Assembly (NCBI GenBank): GCA_040386935.1
Contig: JAZKEQ010000009.1
Span: forward strand, 7,435-71,434
Reading direction: 5' to 3'
DNA from: Bacteroidota bacterium
GTDB lineage: Bacteria; Bacteroidota; Bacteroidia; NS11-12g; UBA955
Length of the DNA: 64,000 nt
Shown here: positions 38,768-49,342 of the stretch, one piece after another
Numbering within the stretch: the stretch's first letter is position 1
How the letters are laid out: every line of letters starts with the position of its first letter
Notes under the pieces: model-generated
What the model was told of the DNA's origin: nothing
The model's input: the letters and a program-made list of their open reading frames with translations, nothing else
Databases searched by the model: none
Translations under genes and position numbers: made by a program

Positions 38768-40354
38768 ATGGCAAGTGGTAAATTATCCCCGCGGCAGAAG
38801 ATGATTAACATGATGTATCTCGTGTTGATCGCTCTACTAGCCCTAAACGTATCAAAAGAGATTTTGAAAGCATTTCACATGTTTGAATTGTCATTCATTA
38901 ATGCTAACAAAAATACTGACCTGAAAAATGCAGACGTCATGGCGATTTTCAAAGACAACATGGCTGATGAAAAGAAAAAAGTTAAAACAGAACCATTTTT
39001 CAAGAAGGCAGAACAAGCTCAGAAACTATCTAAAGAATTCTGCGATTATGTTGAAAAAATTAAAACAGACATTGTAGGTAATGCAGGTGGAAGAGCTCCT
39101 AATAAAGAAGGTGAAACCGGTTTAACAGAATTGGCTCAACCTGATAACATGGAGAAACACGCTAATTACTTCATTCCTGAAGGTGGTGGAAACGGCAAAA
39201 AACTGCAAGATAAAATTAATGCAACCCGTAAAAGTCTGTTGGAATTATTAAATGATGTTAAAGATGGTAAAGCAACAGCTGCTTCATTAGAAAAATCAAC
39301 TCAATTAAGAGCTGATGATCCAAAAGAAAGTGCTTTGGTTAAACACACATGGGTATCTATGTATCTTGAACATTCCCCACTAGCAGGTGTTGCAACATTA
39401 TTGACTAAAACTCAAAATGACTGCAAAGCACTTGAAGCAGATATTCTGGCAACTTTGGCTAATAGTATTGATAAAGCGACCATTAAATTTGATAAACAAT
39501 TGGCATTAATTATGCCTGATGCAACGAATGTAATGAGTGGTAATGCCTTTACTGCAAGAGTAGCTTTGGCAGCTTATAACTCAACTACTAATGCAAAAAT
39601 GTTAGTAAATGGAGCACCTGTTACAGTTACTGCCGGTATTGGAGAAATTTCAATCCCAGCTCAAGGTGTTGGAGCACATACTGTAACTGCAAAAATTGAA
39701 ACAATGGATCCTAATACAGGTGAAACTATTTATATTGATGCAGAACCAGTTGAATGGACTTCATTCTTGCCCTCTGCTGCTATATCTGCAGATGCTATGA
39801 ACGCTTTGTACATCGGTCTTGACAATCCAATGTCAATCTCAGTACCGGGTGTTACACCAGAGAATACAATTGTATCAGCAGGTCCTGGTATTTCACTTAC
39901 CAAAACAGGTTCAGGTAAATTTATTGCAAAAGTAACATCTGTTCCGGGTAACAAATCATCAATTACAGTAAGTGCTAAAATTGGCGGTGCTACCAAGAAA
40001 ATGGGTGAGCAAATTTATAAAATCAGACAAGTGCCTAAGCCAGTTCCTATGCTGGGTTCACTTGAAAGCGGATCTTACCCTAAAGCAATTCTTCAAGCAC
40101 AGCAGTTCTTGAATGCTTACTTGAGTAACTTCGTTTTTGATGGTGTAAACTTTAAAGTAACTAAATTCTCAGTAGTACTTGCATCAAAAAGAAAAGGTAC
40201 TAAAGATGTTTCAGTTACCGGCAATAACTTTGCACCTGCAAGAAGTCTTATTAGTGAAGCTGCTGCAGGCGATATGATTGTAATTGAAGGTATCAGAGCT
40301 GTTGGACCAGGTGGCGAAAAGCTCTTAAGCCCATTAACATTTAAAATTCAATAA
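38768..40354 (+). CDS. gldM: Gliding motility/T9SS protein GldM (PorM)
   Basis: N-terminus LSPRQKMINMMYLVLIALLALNVS is the GldM signature. 528 aa. Confidence 0.9.
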   Translation: MASGKLSPRQKMINMMYLVLIALLALNVSKEILKAFHMFELSFINANKNTDLKNADVMAIFKDNMADEKKKVKTEPFFKKAEQAQKLSKEFCDYVEKIKTDIVGNAGGRAPNKEGETGLTELAQPDNMEKHANYFIPEGGGNGKKLQDKINATRKSLLELLNDVKDGKATAASLEKSTQLRADDPKESALVKHTWVSMYLEHSPLAGVATLLTKTQNDCKALEADILATLANSIDKATIKFDKQLALIMPDATNVMSGNAFTARVALAAYNSTTNAKMLVNGAPVTVTAGIGEISIPAQGVGAHTVTAKIETMDPNTGETIYIDAEPVEWTSFLPSAAISADAMNALYIGLDNPMSISVPGVTPENTIVSAGPGISLTKTGSGKFIAKVTSVPGNKSSITVSAKIGGATKKMGEQIYKIRQVPKPVPMLGSLESGSYPKAILQAQQFLNAYLSNFVFDGVNFKVTKFSVVLASKRKGTKDVSVTGNNFAPARSLISEAAAGDMIVIEGIRAVGPGGEKLLSPLTFKIQ

Positions 40355-40355
40355 T

Positions 40356-41198
40356 ATGAAAAAGATAATTTTAAGTTTGGTGATTGTTTGCCTTACAGGC
40401 TTCAGCGCCAATGCTCAGGTAAATTACTCAGATTTTATAACAAGTGGTGAACACACCAGTTATAAAAAGGTTGCTGTTAGAGAACGACCTGTCATTGCCT
40501 ATCCCTACTTAAGAGAAGCTGATGTAAAATTCAGCAGACGTGTTATCAGATGTATTGATACACGTCAAAAGATGAATAAGCAGTTGGAGTGGCCTCGTCA
40601 ACCTTTGAACAAAATGCTATATGAAATGACTGTTAAAGGTGATTTCGTAGCTTATAGAACAGACTCTTTGTTGTCTTTTTATAATACAGAGGATTTTGTT
40701 GTAAGAGGTGGTTATGAAACACCAATCTGGATTCAAGATGACCCAACAGATGCAAGTATTGGACATGATTCTATCATTAAAATTCCATATGACTATAATA
40801 ATATTCACAAATATTGGATTATGGAAGATTGGATTTTTGACTATAAGCACTCTGTATTCAAGCCTAGGATTATCGCTTTGGCTCCTGTCTTCCAACGTGT
40901 TGTCGGTGGTGTAAAAACCGGTGATGATGCACTGTGTTGGTTGGCAATGGATCAACTCCGTCCTACTTTGGCGAATACTGAGATGTTCAATAGATACAAT
41001 GATGCAGCGAGATTAAGTTATGATGACTTTTTTCAAATGCGTATTTTTGATAGTTACATTGTCTATGAATCTAATAATTTTGATTTAACTATTAATAGAT
41101 TCACTGAATATTCTGATGATGGTGTGAAAGCATTGATTAAAAGTGATGAAATCAAGAATGACTTGTTCATTTTTGAACATGACTTGTGGCAATATTGA
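40356..41198 (+). CDS. gldN: Gliding motility/T9SS protein GldN (PorN)
   Basis: Signal peptide. 280 aa. Starts 1 nt after the gldM stop. The W(I/M)xEDWxFD-like segment YWIMEDWIFDYKHS is typical of GldN. Confidence 0.85.
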   Translation: MKKIILSLVIVCLTGFSANAQVNYSDFITSGEHTSYKKVAVRERPVIAYPYLREADVKFSRRVIRCIDTRQKMNKQLEWPRQPLNKMLYEMTVKGDFVAYRTDSLLSFYNTEDFVVRGGYETPIWIQDDPTDASIGHDSIIKIPYDYNNIHKYWIMEDWIFDYKHSVFKPRIIALAPVFQRVVGGVKTGDDALCWLAMDQLRPTLANTEMFNRYNDAARLSYDDFFQMRIFDSYIVYESNNFDLTINRFTEYSDDGVKALIKSDEIKNDLFIFEHDLWQY

Positions 41199-41220
41199 TT
41201 CAACCATAAAATAATTAAAA

Positions 41221-41249
41221 AGTCCCGAAGTAATTCGGGACTTTTTTTG
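41221..41249. terminator. Bidirectional rho-independent terminator between convergent gldN and the radical SAM gene
   Basis: AGTCCCGAA-GTAA-TTCGGGACT hairpin flanked by AAAA upstream and TTTTTTT downstream. Confidence 0.8.
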
Positions 41250-42332
41250 TTAACGGCTTTTGTAAATTGTGCATCCTCTACAGGGAAGAGGGATGTCGCC
41301 ATCATGCTCCCATTGATGAATTAGGGCTTTTCGGGCAGCCTCCAGTTCTTTAGAGGAACTTTCTATGGTGCCAAGCTGCAATGACTTGTCTCCGGGCATT
41401 TCGGATATCACACAGCCATCGGCCCATATGCCACCATCGGCAGCAAAACGGGTTTTGTTCAAATAAGCACAGGCTCGTTTTTTTTCAGGATGAACATCAC
41501 CGACATAATTGATAACTGCATTGCGTTTATACCCATCATTGCTTTCGTAATGGGCAGAATGGGTAATGTAAAGAAAAGGGTAGTTGTCAGGATTCAATAA
41601 TCTATATGCCTGTTCTAAGTCTGCTGATTGGTCTTTAAGCAGCTTTAAGTGGACGTGGATACCGGTACATAGTTTATTGGCTTTTAATAAACTGAGGAGA
41701 TGTCTGATGTTGTCAATCACAATATCAAATCTGTCCACTTGATAAAGGGTTTTATAGGTATTACGGTCGAGCCCACCAACTGAAAAAAATAATTGAGAGA
41801 GTTTTCCTTTAGTATCGTTTTTAATCAGCGCAATCAGTTTGTCGCAATTGTCGTGGTCAAGTACAATGGCATTGGTGTAAAATGTCGCTTGCTTAACATT
41901 CTCGGGAGCCATTGTTTGCTGAATATAACTATCCCATTCAGGATGCAATAATGTATCGCCTGTAGTGGGAGTAAAGCTGATGAGCGTATTGGGAAATAAT
42001 TTAAGTTTATCAATGGAAGCACTCAATATCTGAGTATCCATATTCATAAACTTTTTACCTGATTTAAGCATATCAGGATAGGGGCAAAAGATGCAACGGG
42101 CATTGCAAATATTGGTCAGTTCAAACTCAATAAAACGATTTCCGGCTGTGCGTACAATGATGAAATCGCAACTGCGGATGAACTTTGTTTTTAAAGATTG
42201 ACCGTGAAAATTTGTGGCCAGACGTTTTTTTATTTTTGTAAAAGCAATGGATACCTGTCTGGTTGGGCGTTCCGGTAAGCTGTAGCATAGCTTCTCAACT
42301 GCAATCTGTATCTTGTGTTTAAGTGTTCCCAA
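41250..42332 (-). CDS. Radical SAM protein with a C-terminal auxiliary Cys cluster (SPASM/twitch-like)
   Basis: CNARCIFCPY (CxxxCxxC). C-terminal Cys residues in RACAYLN...ADGCVISE...LPCRGCTIY. The ORF-track start is TTG, so the true start is uncertain. Confidence 0.7.
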   Translation of the reverse strand: MGTLKHKIQIAVEKLCYSLPERPTRQVSIAFTKIKKRLATNFHGQSLKTKFIRSCDFIIVRTAGNRFIEFELTNICNARCIFCPYPDMLKSGKKFMNMDTQILSASIDKLKLFPNTLISFTPTTGDTLLHPEWDSYIQQTMAPENVKQATFYTNAIVLDHDNCDKLIALIKNDTKGKLSQLFFSVGGLDRNTYKTLYQVDRFDIVIDNIRHLLSLLKANKLCTGIHVHLKLLKDQSADLEQAYRLLNPDNYPFLYITHSAHYESNDGYKRNAVINYVGDVHPEKKRACAYLNKTRFAADGGIWADGCVISEMPGDKSLQLGTIESSSKELEAARKALIHQWEHDGDIPLPCRGCTIYKSR

Positions 42333-42446
42333 AGGTATTAACTATACAAAAATACAGCTATTGACCTGAGTATTTTAAAAATGAAAGTCACATTTTGAAA
42401 GCATTGAGATTATGGCTAAATTTCGCACCCTTTTCAATAACAATTC

Positions 42447-45347
42447 ATGAGCAATAATGATCAACCATTGAAGCAACAGGCTATCCCTGCTGTTTCACAT
42501 ACAGCTTTCTATATTTTTTCTTCTGCTGATAATCAGAAGGCAGCAGATGACCTGAAACAATTGGTCAATCTGTCTTTGAAATCAAATCCGGTTTATCGGG
42601 TTTATGCAAAAGTCAGTGATCGTATTAAGATTGAAAAAATGGGCGGAGTAGGGGAGCATGTAGTTTTTATAGAAAATGAGCAATTCCCTGAGACAGTCAA
42701 TAATGTATTGCCATTATCACTTCCATTAATCAATGAACCTCAGACTTATGTGAAATGGTTGAATACAGCCAGTAAAGCTCAAAAAAATGATACTGTATTG
42801 TTAGGCAATGGGAAAGTGAATGCCAAAGCAGGGTATGTTGAAAAATGGAGTGGTTATTGGGCCAACTTCTGGCCAAAGTTAATGACAGGCAGCAATGTAT
42901 CTTTGGCAGGAACAGAGGCAGTTTTATTGACTCCTGCCATCTACCATCAGTTGAAATTGAATAATGCTTGGCAAATTGCAGCCATTGCAGAGAAGGACAA
43001 AAAGGCACAAGCGGTAGATTTTGATATGGCTGTTGGTAGTTTCGTGTTTGGCGATGGTATCAAAGCTTTTTTTACCGGTATTTTTAAAGGACTCAAGGCC
43101 ATCAAGCATTCTTTTCTGGGTTTAAAATCAACATTGCCTGTAACTACCACATGGGCAAGCTTTTCTCACCCGGGATACAAAAGACTATTTGGTATAACTG
43201 CCGCTGTATTGCTGGCATTAATGTGTTTTATTAGCTTTGATTACAATGTAACCTGGGATGAACCCAATCACAATGCTTATTCTAAAGATGTATTGAAATA
43301 CTATTCCAGTTTTGGAACAGATACCACCATGTTCGATTTTCAAAAGCCCGGACATAGGGATTACTTTACCAATAACTTTTACGGCATGAGCATAGATGTT
43401 ATATCATCTGCTGTTAATAGCGTTTTAGATATAAAGAATGAATATGCGACACGGCATTTAATCAATGCCATTGTAGGGTTTCTCTGTATCTTATTTACGG
43501 CCCTTATTGTCAGAATATTTGCAGGTTGGTTGCCTGCTTTAGTGACGCTATTGGCCATGGTGTGTTCACCTTCATTTTTTGGCCATTGTTTCAATAATCC
43601 TAAGGATATTCCTTTTGCAACAGGTTATATAATGGCTGTTTATTACCTCATTAAATTATTGTATGAATTGCCGGCTGCTCGACATCAAACCAAAGTGATG
43701 CTGGCTGTAGCAATAGGCTTTGCCATCAGTATAAGGGTGCAGGGGGTATTGCCTATTATTTATTTGGGCATGGTGTTTTTAGGGTACTTCATCATAGCAC
43801 CATCTAAAAATAAAAAACAACAATTGATTAATCTTGCAGGCATTGGTGCAGGGGTTGCCATAGCAGGATATTTTCTCGGTATTATTCTTTGGCCTTATGC
43901 CCTTAGGCATCCTTTAACCGCGCCTTTCAAAGCTTTGAGTGAGTTTTCAAACTTCTCATATCTTACCTATTACGAATTATTTGAAGGTGTCAGAATATTT
44001 AACAAGCCGTGGTATTACGAACCTAAACTTATTATGTTGACAGCACCTTTAATGGTATTAGTCGGATTTGGATTAAGTCTTTTATTAGGCTGGTGGAAAA
44101 AAGATAAGGTGAGTTTTCTGGCTTTGTTGCTATTGATAGTGGCCACTTTCTTCCCATCCATGTACACCATTTATAAAAAATCTTATGTGTACAATGGCTG
44201 GCGTCATTTTTTATTTATTTATCCTTCTTTAATGGCGATGGCAATTTTAGGATGGGTATGGTTGGTGCAATGGTTCAAATCTGAAAAATTCCAAATGATG
44301 ATTTTAGTAGTAGCAGCCATTACACTGATAAAGCCGGCTGTATGGAGCGTGGCCAATCACCCCTATCAGTACATGTACTTCAATGAAATAGCAGGTGGTG
44401 TAAAAGGGGCCAATGGCGTTTATGAATTGGATTACTGGCAACAAACGCCACGTGAGGCTTTTGCATGGTTGGTAAAAAATCATCCTGAAATATTGAAAGG
44501 CGATAAGCGAGTTAGCAGCAATAATATTCAGGAAGCACTCAAATCATTTGTTCCTGAAGGAAAAGATGTGATGTATAAATGGACGAGAGAATATGAGTGG
44601 GCTGATGACGACTGGAGCTATGCCATTTGGACCAGCAGAACTTTGTCTAAAAATCAGATATTGGATGGTTACTGGCCGCCAAAAGGTACTATTCACGAAA
44701 TAAAAGTGGATGGTGTTACAGTAGCCGCTGTTGTAAAGTCAGCCAATAATTATGGTCACAGAGGTAAACAATACCTGAAGAAATCAAACTTCGACAGCGC
44801 CTTGTATTTTTATGAAAAAGCAGTTGCGTATAATCCAATGGAAGAAGAGTATGTAAGAGGTCTTGCAGAAGCGTGTAAAATGCTTAAACGCAATGACAGC
44901 GCCATACGCTATTATACCAAGGCAATGGAGCTGCGCAGTGGCAATTACGAGGCCATGGCGGCAATTGCCGAGTTATACCTCAATACTGCCATTGGCAGTG
45001 GAGGTGAGCCTGATAAGCAGATGATTGAGAAAGCCAAAAGTTTCTTTGAGCAAACTATTATTTACAAAAAGAATTTTGCAGCGCCTTATTATTATTTGGG
45101 AGAGATATATTCGAACGAAAAAAATTACGAAAAGTCTCTCAGTTATTTTGCTGATTTCTTTGAAGAAGGGCAAGCCAATCAGCAGGTGTATGGAAGAATG
45201 ACTGATTTGCTCAAAACTCTGGGATATTCAGGTGAAGAAGCGGAGCCGTATTACTATTTACATACCCGCGCTTTGGAAAGGGGCGATAAGCATAAGGCCG
45301 AAACCTATCTGAACTATCACAATGAAATGATGAGCGGTGCTAAATAG
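42447..45347 (+). CDS. Polytopic membrane protein with a GT-C (PMT_2/ArnT-like) glycosyltransferase-like core, an N-terminal soluble domain and C-terminal TPR repeats
   Basis: About 230 aa soluble N-terminus, then 10 or more hydrophobic helices. The first loop carries VTWDEPNHNAY, resembling the DE motif of GT-C enzymes. C-terminal TPR-like repeats (YFYEKAVAYNP..., YYTKAMEL..., YYYLGEIYSNEKNYEKSLSYF). Confidence 0.5.
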   Translation: MSNNDQPLKQQAIPAVSHTAFYIFSSADNQKAADDLKQLVNLSLKSNPVYRVYAKVSDRIKIEKMGGVGEHVVFIENEQFPETVNNVLPLSLPLINEPQTYVKWLNTASKAQKNDTVLLGNGKVNAKAGYVEKWSGYWANFWPKLMTGSNVSLAGTEAVLLTPAIYHQLKLNNAWQIAAIAEKDKKAQAVDFDMAVGSFVFGDGIKAFFTGIFKGLKAIKHSFLGLKSTLPVTTTWASFSHPGYKRLFGITAAVLLALMCFISFDYNVTWDEPNHNAYSKDVLKYYSSFGTDTTMFDFQKPGHRDYFTNNFYGMSIDVISSAVNSVLDIKNEYATRHLINAIVGFLCILFTALIVRIFAGWLPALVTLLAMVCSPSFFGHCFNNPKDIPFATGYIMAVYYLIKLLYELPAARHQTKVMLAVAIGFAISIRVQGVLPIIYLGMVFLGYFIIAPSKNKKQQLINLAGIGAGVAIAGYFLGIILWPYALRHPLTAPFKALSEFSNFSYLTYYELFEGVRIFNKPWYYEPKLIMLTAPLMVLVGFGLSLLLGWWKKDKVSFLALLLLIVATFFPSMYTIYKKSYVYNGWRHFLFIYPSLMAMAILGWVWLVQWFKSEKFQMMILVVAAITLIKPAVWSVANHPYQYMYFNEIAGGVKGANGVYELDYWQQTPREAFAWLVKNHPEILKGDKRVSSNNIQEALKSFVPEGKDVMYKWTREYEWADDDWSYAIWTSRTLSKNQILDGYWPPKGTIHEIKVDGVTVAAVVKSANNYGHRGKQYLKKSNFDSALYFYEKAVAYNPMEEEYVRGLAEACKMLKRNDSAIRYYTKAMELRSGNYEAMAAIAELYLNTAIGSGGEPDKQMIEKAKSFFEQTIIYKKNFAAPYYYLGEIYSNEKNYEKSLSYFADFFEEGQANQQVYGRMTDLLKTLGYSGEEAEPYYYLHTRALERGDKHKAETYLNYHNEMMSGAK

Positions 45348-45407
45348 CACATTAGAAATGCTTTGTAAATAAGCGACTTTAAATTGTTCGTTTCACAAAT
45401 TTTATGG

Positions 45408-45415
45408 TATTTTTG
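45408..45415 (+). promoter_or_regulatory. Candidate -7 box (TAnnTTTG) for the T9SS type B cargo gene
   Basis: TATTTTTG, 49 nt upstream of the TTG start at 45465. Confidence 0.3.
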
Positions 45416-45464
45416 TGTTAACTGCAACATTTTCTCCTCTTATTCCGTCTAATAGGAAAGTGAT

Positions 45465-47963
45465 TTGAAAAGAATAATCTTCCTGATATGCCTGCTATTG
45501 GCCTCAAGGGTATTTGCCTATCATATTGTGGGCGGGGAGATGGTATATAAACATGTTAGTACACAAAATGCCATGGCGCAGTACAATGTTAAATTGTATC
45601 TTTATATTGATTGCGAGGAGGATAGATCTGGCTCATTAGAAGGGGACTTAAATTCTTATATTAATATTTTTACCTATAATCCTGTAATTCAGGATTTTGA
45701 ACTTTATGATGCATTGCCAATGAGAGATGCGAGAACAGGACCTGAAAAAGTTGCATTACTAAATTATAAATGTATTAAAAAGGAACCTGATGTTTGTGTC
45801 AATAAATATGTTTACGAATTAGATGTTTATTTGCCAATTAATGATTTGGGTTACCTGCTCTCATTTGAAAGATGTTGCAGAAATACTACCATTAATAACA
45901 TTGTCAATCCTCAATCAACAGGGGCGACTTATTGGACCACAATTCCTGGTATTAAGAGTATTCCTTCTAATAGTAGCCCAACTTTTAAAGGCTTACCGCC
46001 TAATTTTTTATGTACCAATGCACCATTGAATTATGACCATAGTGCAGTAGATATTGATGGTGATTCATTAGTGTATGAATTATTCACCCCATTTCAAGGA
46101 GCAACTCAGGGTAGACCGGTATTGGGTAAATTTGAAGGAACACTGCCAAGTTCATTTACACCTATTATCTGGGGGTCTAATTACAGTGAAACCAATCAGA
46201 TAGATGGTTCACCAAGCTTTACGATTAATAGAAAAACTGGGAAATTAACCCTGACACCGACTGTTAACGGGCAATTTGTAATAGGCATTAAAGTGTTGGA
46301 ATTTAGAAAGGGTCAACTGATAGGGGAGACCAAGCGCGACTTTCAATTCAATGTAATTACCTGTGTGTTCGATGTGGTATCCTCTTTTGGGGTAGCTTAT
46401 CAAAATTGCAGTGGAACACCCGTACTGTTTCAAAACAGAAGTCAGGGTGCCAGTACCTATATGTGGGACTTTGGCGATAATGTTCCTAACGATACCACTG
46501 CCATCAAGGATCCAAGCTATACCTATGAAAAGCCCGGAACATATACTGTAAAACTTGTGGCAGCAGTCAATAATTGCATTGATACCTCTGAATTTGATAT
46601 AGTTGTTAAACAGAATTTTAAAACAAAAATTGACAATGATACGCTTATATGCGGTCCTTTTACTAAAGTTTTAAAAACCTCGACACCTAATAAAAGTTAT
46701 AAATGGAGTACAGGCGAAACCACCCCATCTATTACTGTTAATACGGGTGGACGTTACATTATAGCAGTATCAGACTTGCCTTGTATTTCAAAGGATACAA
46801 TTAATATTATCAATGATTTAAGTCGCATAGATTTGGGTCCAGATTCAGTTATATGCAGAGACAGCTTTGTGCAGTTTACCTATAGAGGACGAGATGGGTA
46901 TAAATCTTACCTGTGGAACGATGGCACAACACTACCAACAGTCTTCATTCCTAACCTGAATACCTATAGAGTGAATGTCGTTAACAATAATAATTGTCCA
47001 TCGAGTGATAGTATTACGTTTGTGCTATACCCTCCTCCAAGAGTTTATCTCAATGATACGCTGTTTTGTAAGGGGACAACTGTCAGATTGGACGGGGTAA
47101 ATTACAGTATTAAAACAAAACTGGAAACGAATTATACATGGAACAGTGGTGAAACTACTCCTCAGATTGTAACAGGAAAGCCGGGTATGTACATCGTCAC
47201 GGTTAAAAACAAACTCTGTACTATTATTGATACTGCCAGTATTGCATTCATAGAAACGGGACTTGATTTAGGAAATGATACATTTTATTGTGGACCGGTT
47301 GACAGATGGTTAGTGCCGCCTCAGAATTTTGTAACATACCTATGGCACGACTTTTTAGATGCCAAAAGTTATCATGCAATTACCCCAGGCAAGAAAAAAT
47401 TGACGATTACAACAATAGAAGGTTGTGTGGAATCAGACTCGGTAATGTTGATACAATATCCCAATATTGACGGTGGTTTAGGTAAGGATACAACGATTTG
47501 CCTGTCTTCGAGTTTCTATATGGCAGCCAGTGATTCCATGATAAACTATCTCTGGAGTACAGGTGCAACATCTCAGGCAATAACTGTGCGTGATCACGGT
47601 ATGTACACCGTTACTGTAAAAAACATCAATGGATGTATTGTGTCGGATAGCATTGCTATTAAAGAAGACCCTGAGGCACTGCCATCAGAATTATTTATCC
47701 CTACAGCCTTTACACCGGATGAAGATGGTTTGAATGATGTTTTTCCGGGCAGTAGCTATAAAGATCCGGGTTCAACTTACCACCTCGAGATTTTTAATAG
47801 ATGGGGAGAGAAAATATTTGTCAGTAATCATCCTTCAGTTCAGTGGGATGGCACCTATAAAGGCAATGCGGCATCTCAGGATGTCTATGTCTTTTATGTC
47901 AGGTATGTGGCTTGCGATGAACAGGTGCATTGGGTAAGGGGAACCTTTACCCTGCTGCGATAA
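45465..47963 (+). CDS. Large secreted protein with a T9SS type B C-terminal sorting domain
   Basis: Signal peptide. Repeated Cys-containing modules (...YLWSTGATSQAITV..., YKWSTGETTPSITV...). C-terminus FIPTAFTPDEDGLNDVFPG...IFNRWGEKIFVSN...WDGTYKGN...DVYVFYV. TTG start. Confidence 0.75.
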   Translation: MKRIIFLICLLLASRVFAYHIVGGEMVYKHVSTQNAMAQYNVKLYLYIDCEEDRSGSLEGDLNSYINIFTYNPVIQDFELYDALPMRDARTGPEKVALLNYKCIKKEPDVCVNKYVYELDVYLPINDLGYLLSFERCCRNTTINNIVNPQSTGATYWTTIPGIKSIPSNSSPTFKGLPPNFLCTNAPLNYDHSAVDIDGDSLVYELFTPFQGATQGRPVLGKFEGTLPSSFTPIIWGSNYSETNQIDGSPSFTINRKTGKLTLTPTVNGQFVIGIKVLEFRKGQLIGETKRDFQFNVITCVFDVVSSFGVAYQNCSGTPVLFQNRSQGASTYMWDFGDNVPNDTTAIKDPSYTYEKPGTYTVKLVAAVNNCIDTSEFDIVVKQNFKTKIDNDTLICGPFTKVLKTSTPNKSYKWSTGETTPSITVNTGGRYIIAVSDLPCISKDTINIINDLSRIDLGPDSVICRDSFVQFTYRGRDGYKSYLWNDGTTLPTVFIPNLNTYRVNVVNNNNCPSSDSITFVLYPPPRVYLNDTLFCKGTTVRLDGVNYSIKTKLETNYTWNSGETTPQIVTGKPGMYIVTVKNKLCTIIDTASIAFIETGLDLGNDTFYCGPVDRWLVPPQNFVTYLWHDFLDAKSYHAITPGKKKLTITTIEGCVESDSVMLIQYPNIDGGLGKDTTICLSSSFYMAASDSMINYLWSTGATSQAITVRDHGMYTVTVKNINGCIVSDSIAIKEDPEALPSELFIPTAFTPDEDGLNDVFPGSSYKDPGSTYHLEIFNRWGEKIFVSNHPSVQWDGTYKGNAASQDVYVFYVRYVACDEQVHWVRGTFTLLR

Positions 47964-48056
47964 GCAGTTAATCTTATAAAAATACGAATTGGTCAGATAT
48001 GTGTTAAGTTAAGGCTTAATTACAAAGCAGGTCATGCCAAAGCGGTAATTTTTAAC

Positions 48057-48064
48057 TAATTTTG
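48057..48064 (+). promoter_or_regulatory. Candidate -7 box (TAnnTTTG) for the sigma-54 activator, lptE and secG genes
   Basis: TAATTTTG, 30 nt upstream of the ATG at 48095. Confidence 0.35.
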
Positions 48065-48094
48065 CATCAAAGTTTTAAAAACAATTAGTCTTTA

Positions 48095-49342
48095 ATGGAA
48101 CTACAAACCATCAAAAACAGATTTGAAATTGTTGGAAATTCACCTGCACTGAACCATGCACTTGAAACAGCCGTAAAGGTAGCTCCTACTGATATGAGTG
48201 TTTTGATTACAGGTGAAAGCGGTGTTGGAAAGGAATCATTTTCAAAAATAATACATGCCCTCAGCAGCAGGAAGCACGGTAATTTTATTGCTGTGAACTG
48301 TGGTGCAATACCAGAAGGGACAATAGATTCAGAATTATTCGGACATGAAAAAGGGTCATTCACTGGAGCTACAGATGCCCGAAAGGGTTATTTTGAAGCA
48401 GTGAATGGCGGTACCATATTTTTGGATGAAGTGGGTGAGTTACCATTGGGTACTCAGGCGCGCTTGTTGAGAGTATTGGAAAATGGCGAATTTATAAAAG
48501 TGGGTAGCAGCAAGGTATTGAAAACCAATGTAAGAGTTGTAGCCGCTACAAACAGAGATTTATTGGAAAGAGCAGGGCAGGGAAAATTCAGAGAAGATCT
48601 TTACTACAGACTGGCCACGGTCCCCATTAGAGTACCTCGCCTATCAGAAAGAAAAGAGGATATCAATATCCTTTTTAGAAAATTTGCTACATTATTTGCT
48701 GAAAAAAATCACTCACCTGTGGTGCAGCTCGACAATGATGCCCAACAATTATTGGCCAATTATACCTGGCCGGGTAATATTCGTCAATTGAAAAATATTA
48801 CGGAACAAATCTGTGTACTCGAATCAGAGAATAACCCTGTTTCAGGATTTATTTTACAACAATACCTGCCACAACCTGAGAACCAATTGCCATTGGCTTT
48901 AAGCGGAGGCAATACAGAAGGATTTGGCAGTAATGGTTTTAGCGAACGCGATATCTTCTATAAATTTCTGATCGACATGAAGAAGGATGTCAGTGATTTG
49001 AAGCGCATTGTTATGGGTCTTATTGATACCGGTGGTAGAGAAGAGTTTATTAAAAACAACAGAGATGAAATCAGTCATGTGTTGTATAAAAATGATCCTG
49101 GGTTTCAATCTGTTGATCAACCCATCATTATTCCTCAAGTAATGCCCACAGCACCGGCCAAACCATTTATAGATGTTCATCAGATTCAAGAAGTCAATAA
49201 TCTGACAATAGCTGAACAAGAATTGGACATGATTAAGAAAGCACTGCAACGCAATCACGGAAAACGCAACAAGGCCGCCAAGGATCTTGGAATTTCGGAA
49301 CGGACTTTGTACAGGAAGATTAAATATTTTGAATTGGAATGA
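48095..49342 (+). CDS. Sigma-54-dependent transcriptional activator (AAA+ plus Fis-type HTH) without an N-terminal sensory domain
   Basis: Walker A GESGVGKE, GSFTGA (GAFTGA variant), Walker B IFLDEVGEL. C-terminal HTH AAKDLGISERTLYRKIK. The AAA+ domain begins within about 10 aa of the start. Confidence 0.85.
   Translation: MELQTIKNRFEIVGNSPALNHALETAVKVAPTDMSVLITGESGVGKESFSKIIHALSSRKHGNFIAVNCGAIPEGTIDSELFGHEKGSFTGATDARKGYFEAVNGGTIFLDEVGELPLGTQARLLRVLENGEFIKVGSSKVLKTNVRVVAATNRDLLERAGQGKFREDLYYRLATVPIRVPRLSERKEDINILFRKFATLFAEKNHSPVVQLDNDAQQLLANYTWPGNIRQLKNITEQICVLESENNPVSGFILQQYLPQPENQLPLALSGGNTEGFGSNGFSERDIFYKFLIDMKKDVSDLKRIVMGLIDTGGREEFIKNNRDEISHVLYKNDPGFQSVDQPIIIPQVMPTAPAKPFIDVHQIQEVNNLTIAEQELDMIKKALQRNHGKRNKAAKDLGISERTLYRKIKYFELE

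Noticed and set aside
36560-42332. Idea that the radical SAM/SPASM-like enzyme matures the FGE-fold protein GldK, by analogy with anaerobic sulfatase-maturating enzymes
   Set aside because: The idea rests on word association only. GldK is not known to carry formylglycine, and the two genes are convergent rather than co-transcribed. The C-terminal Cys pattern is not a full anSME SPASM motif.
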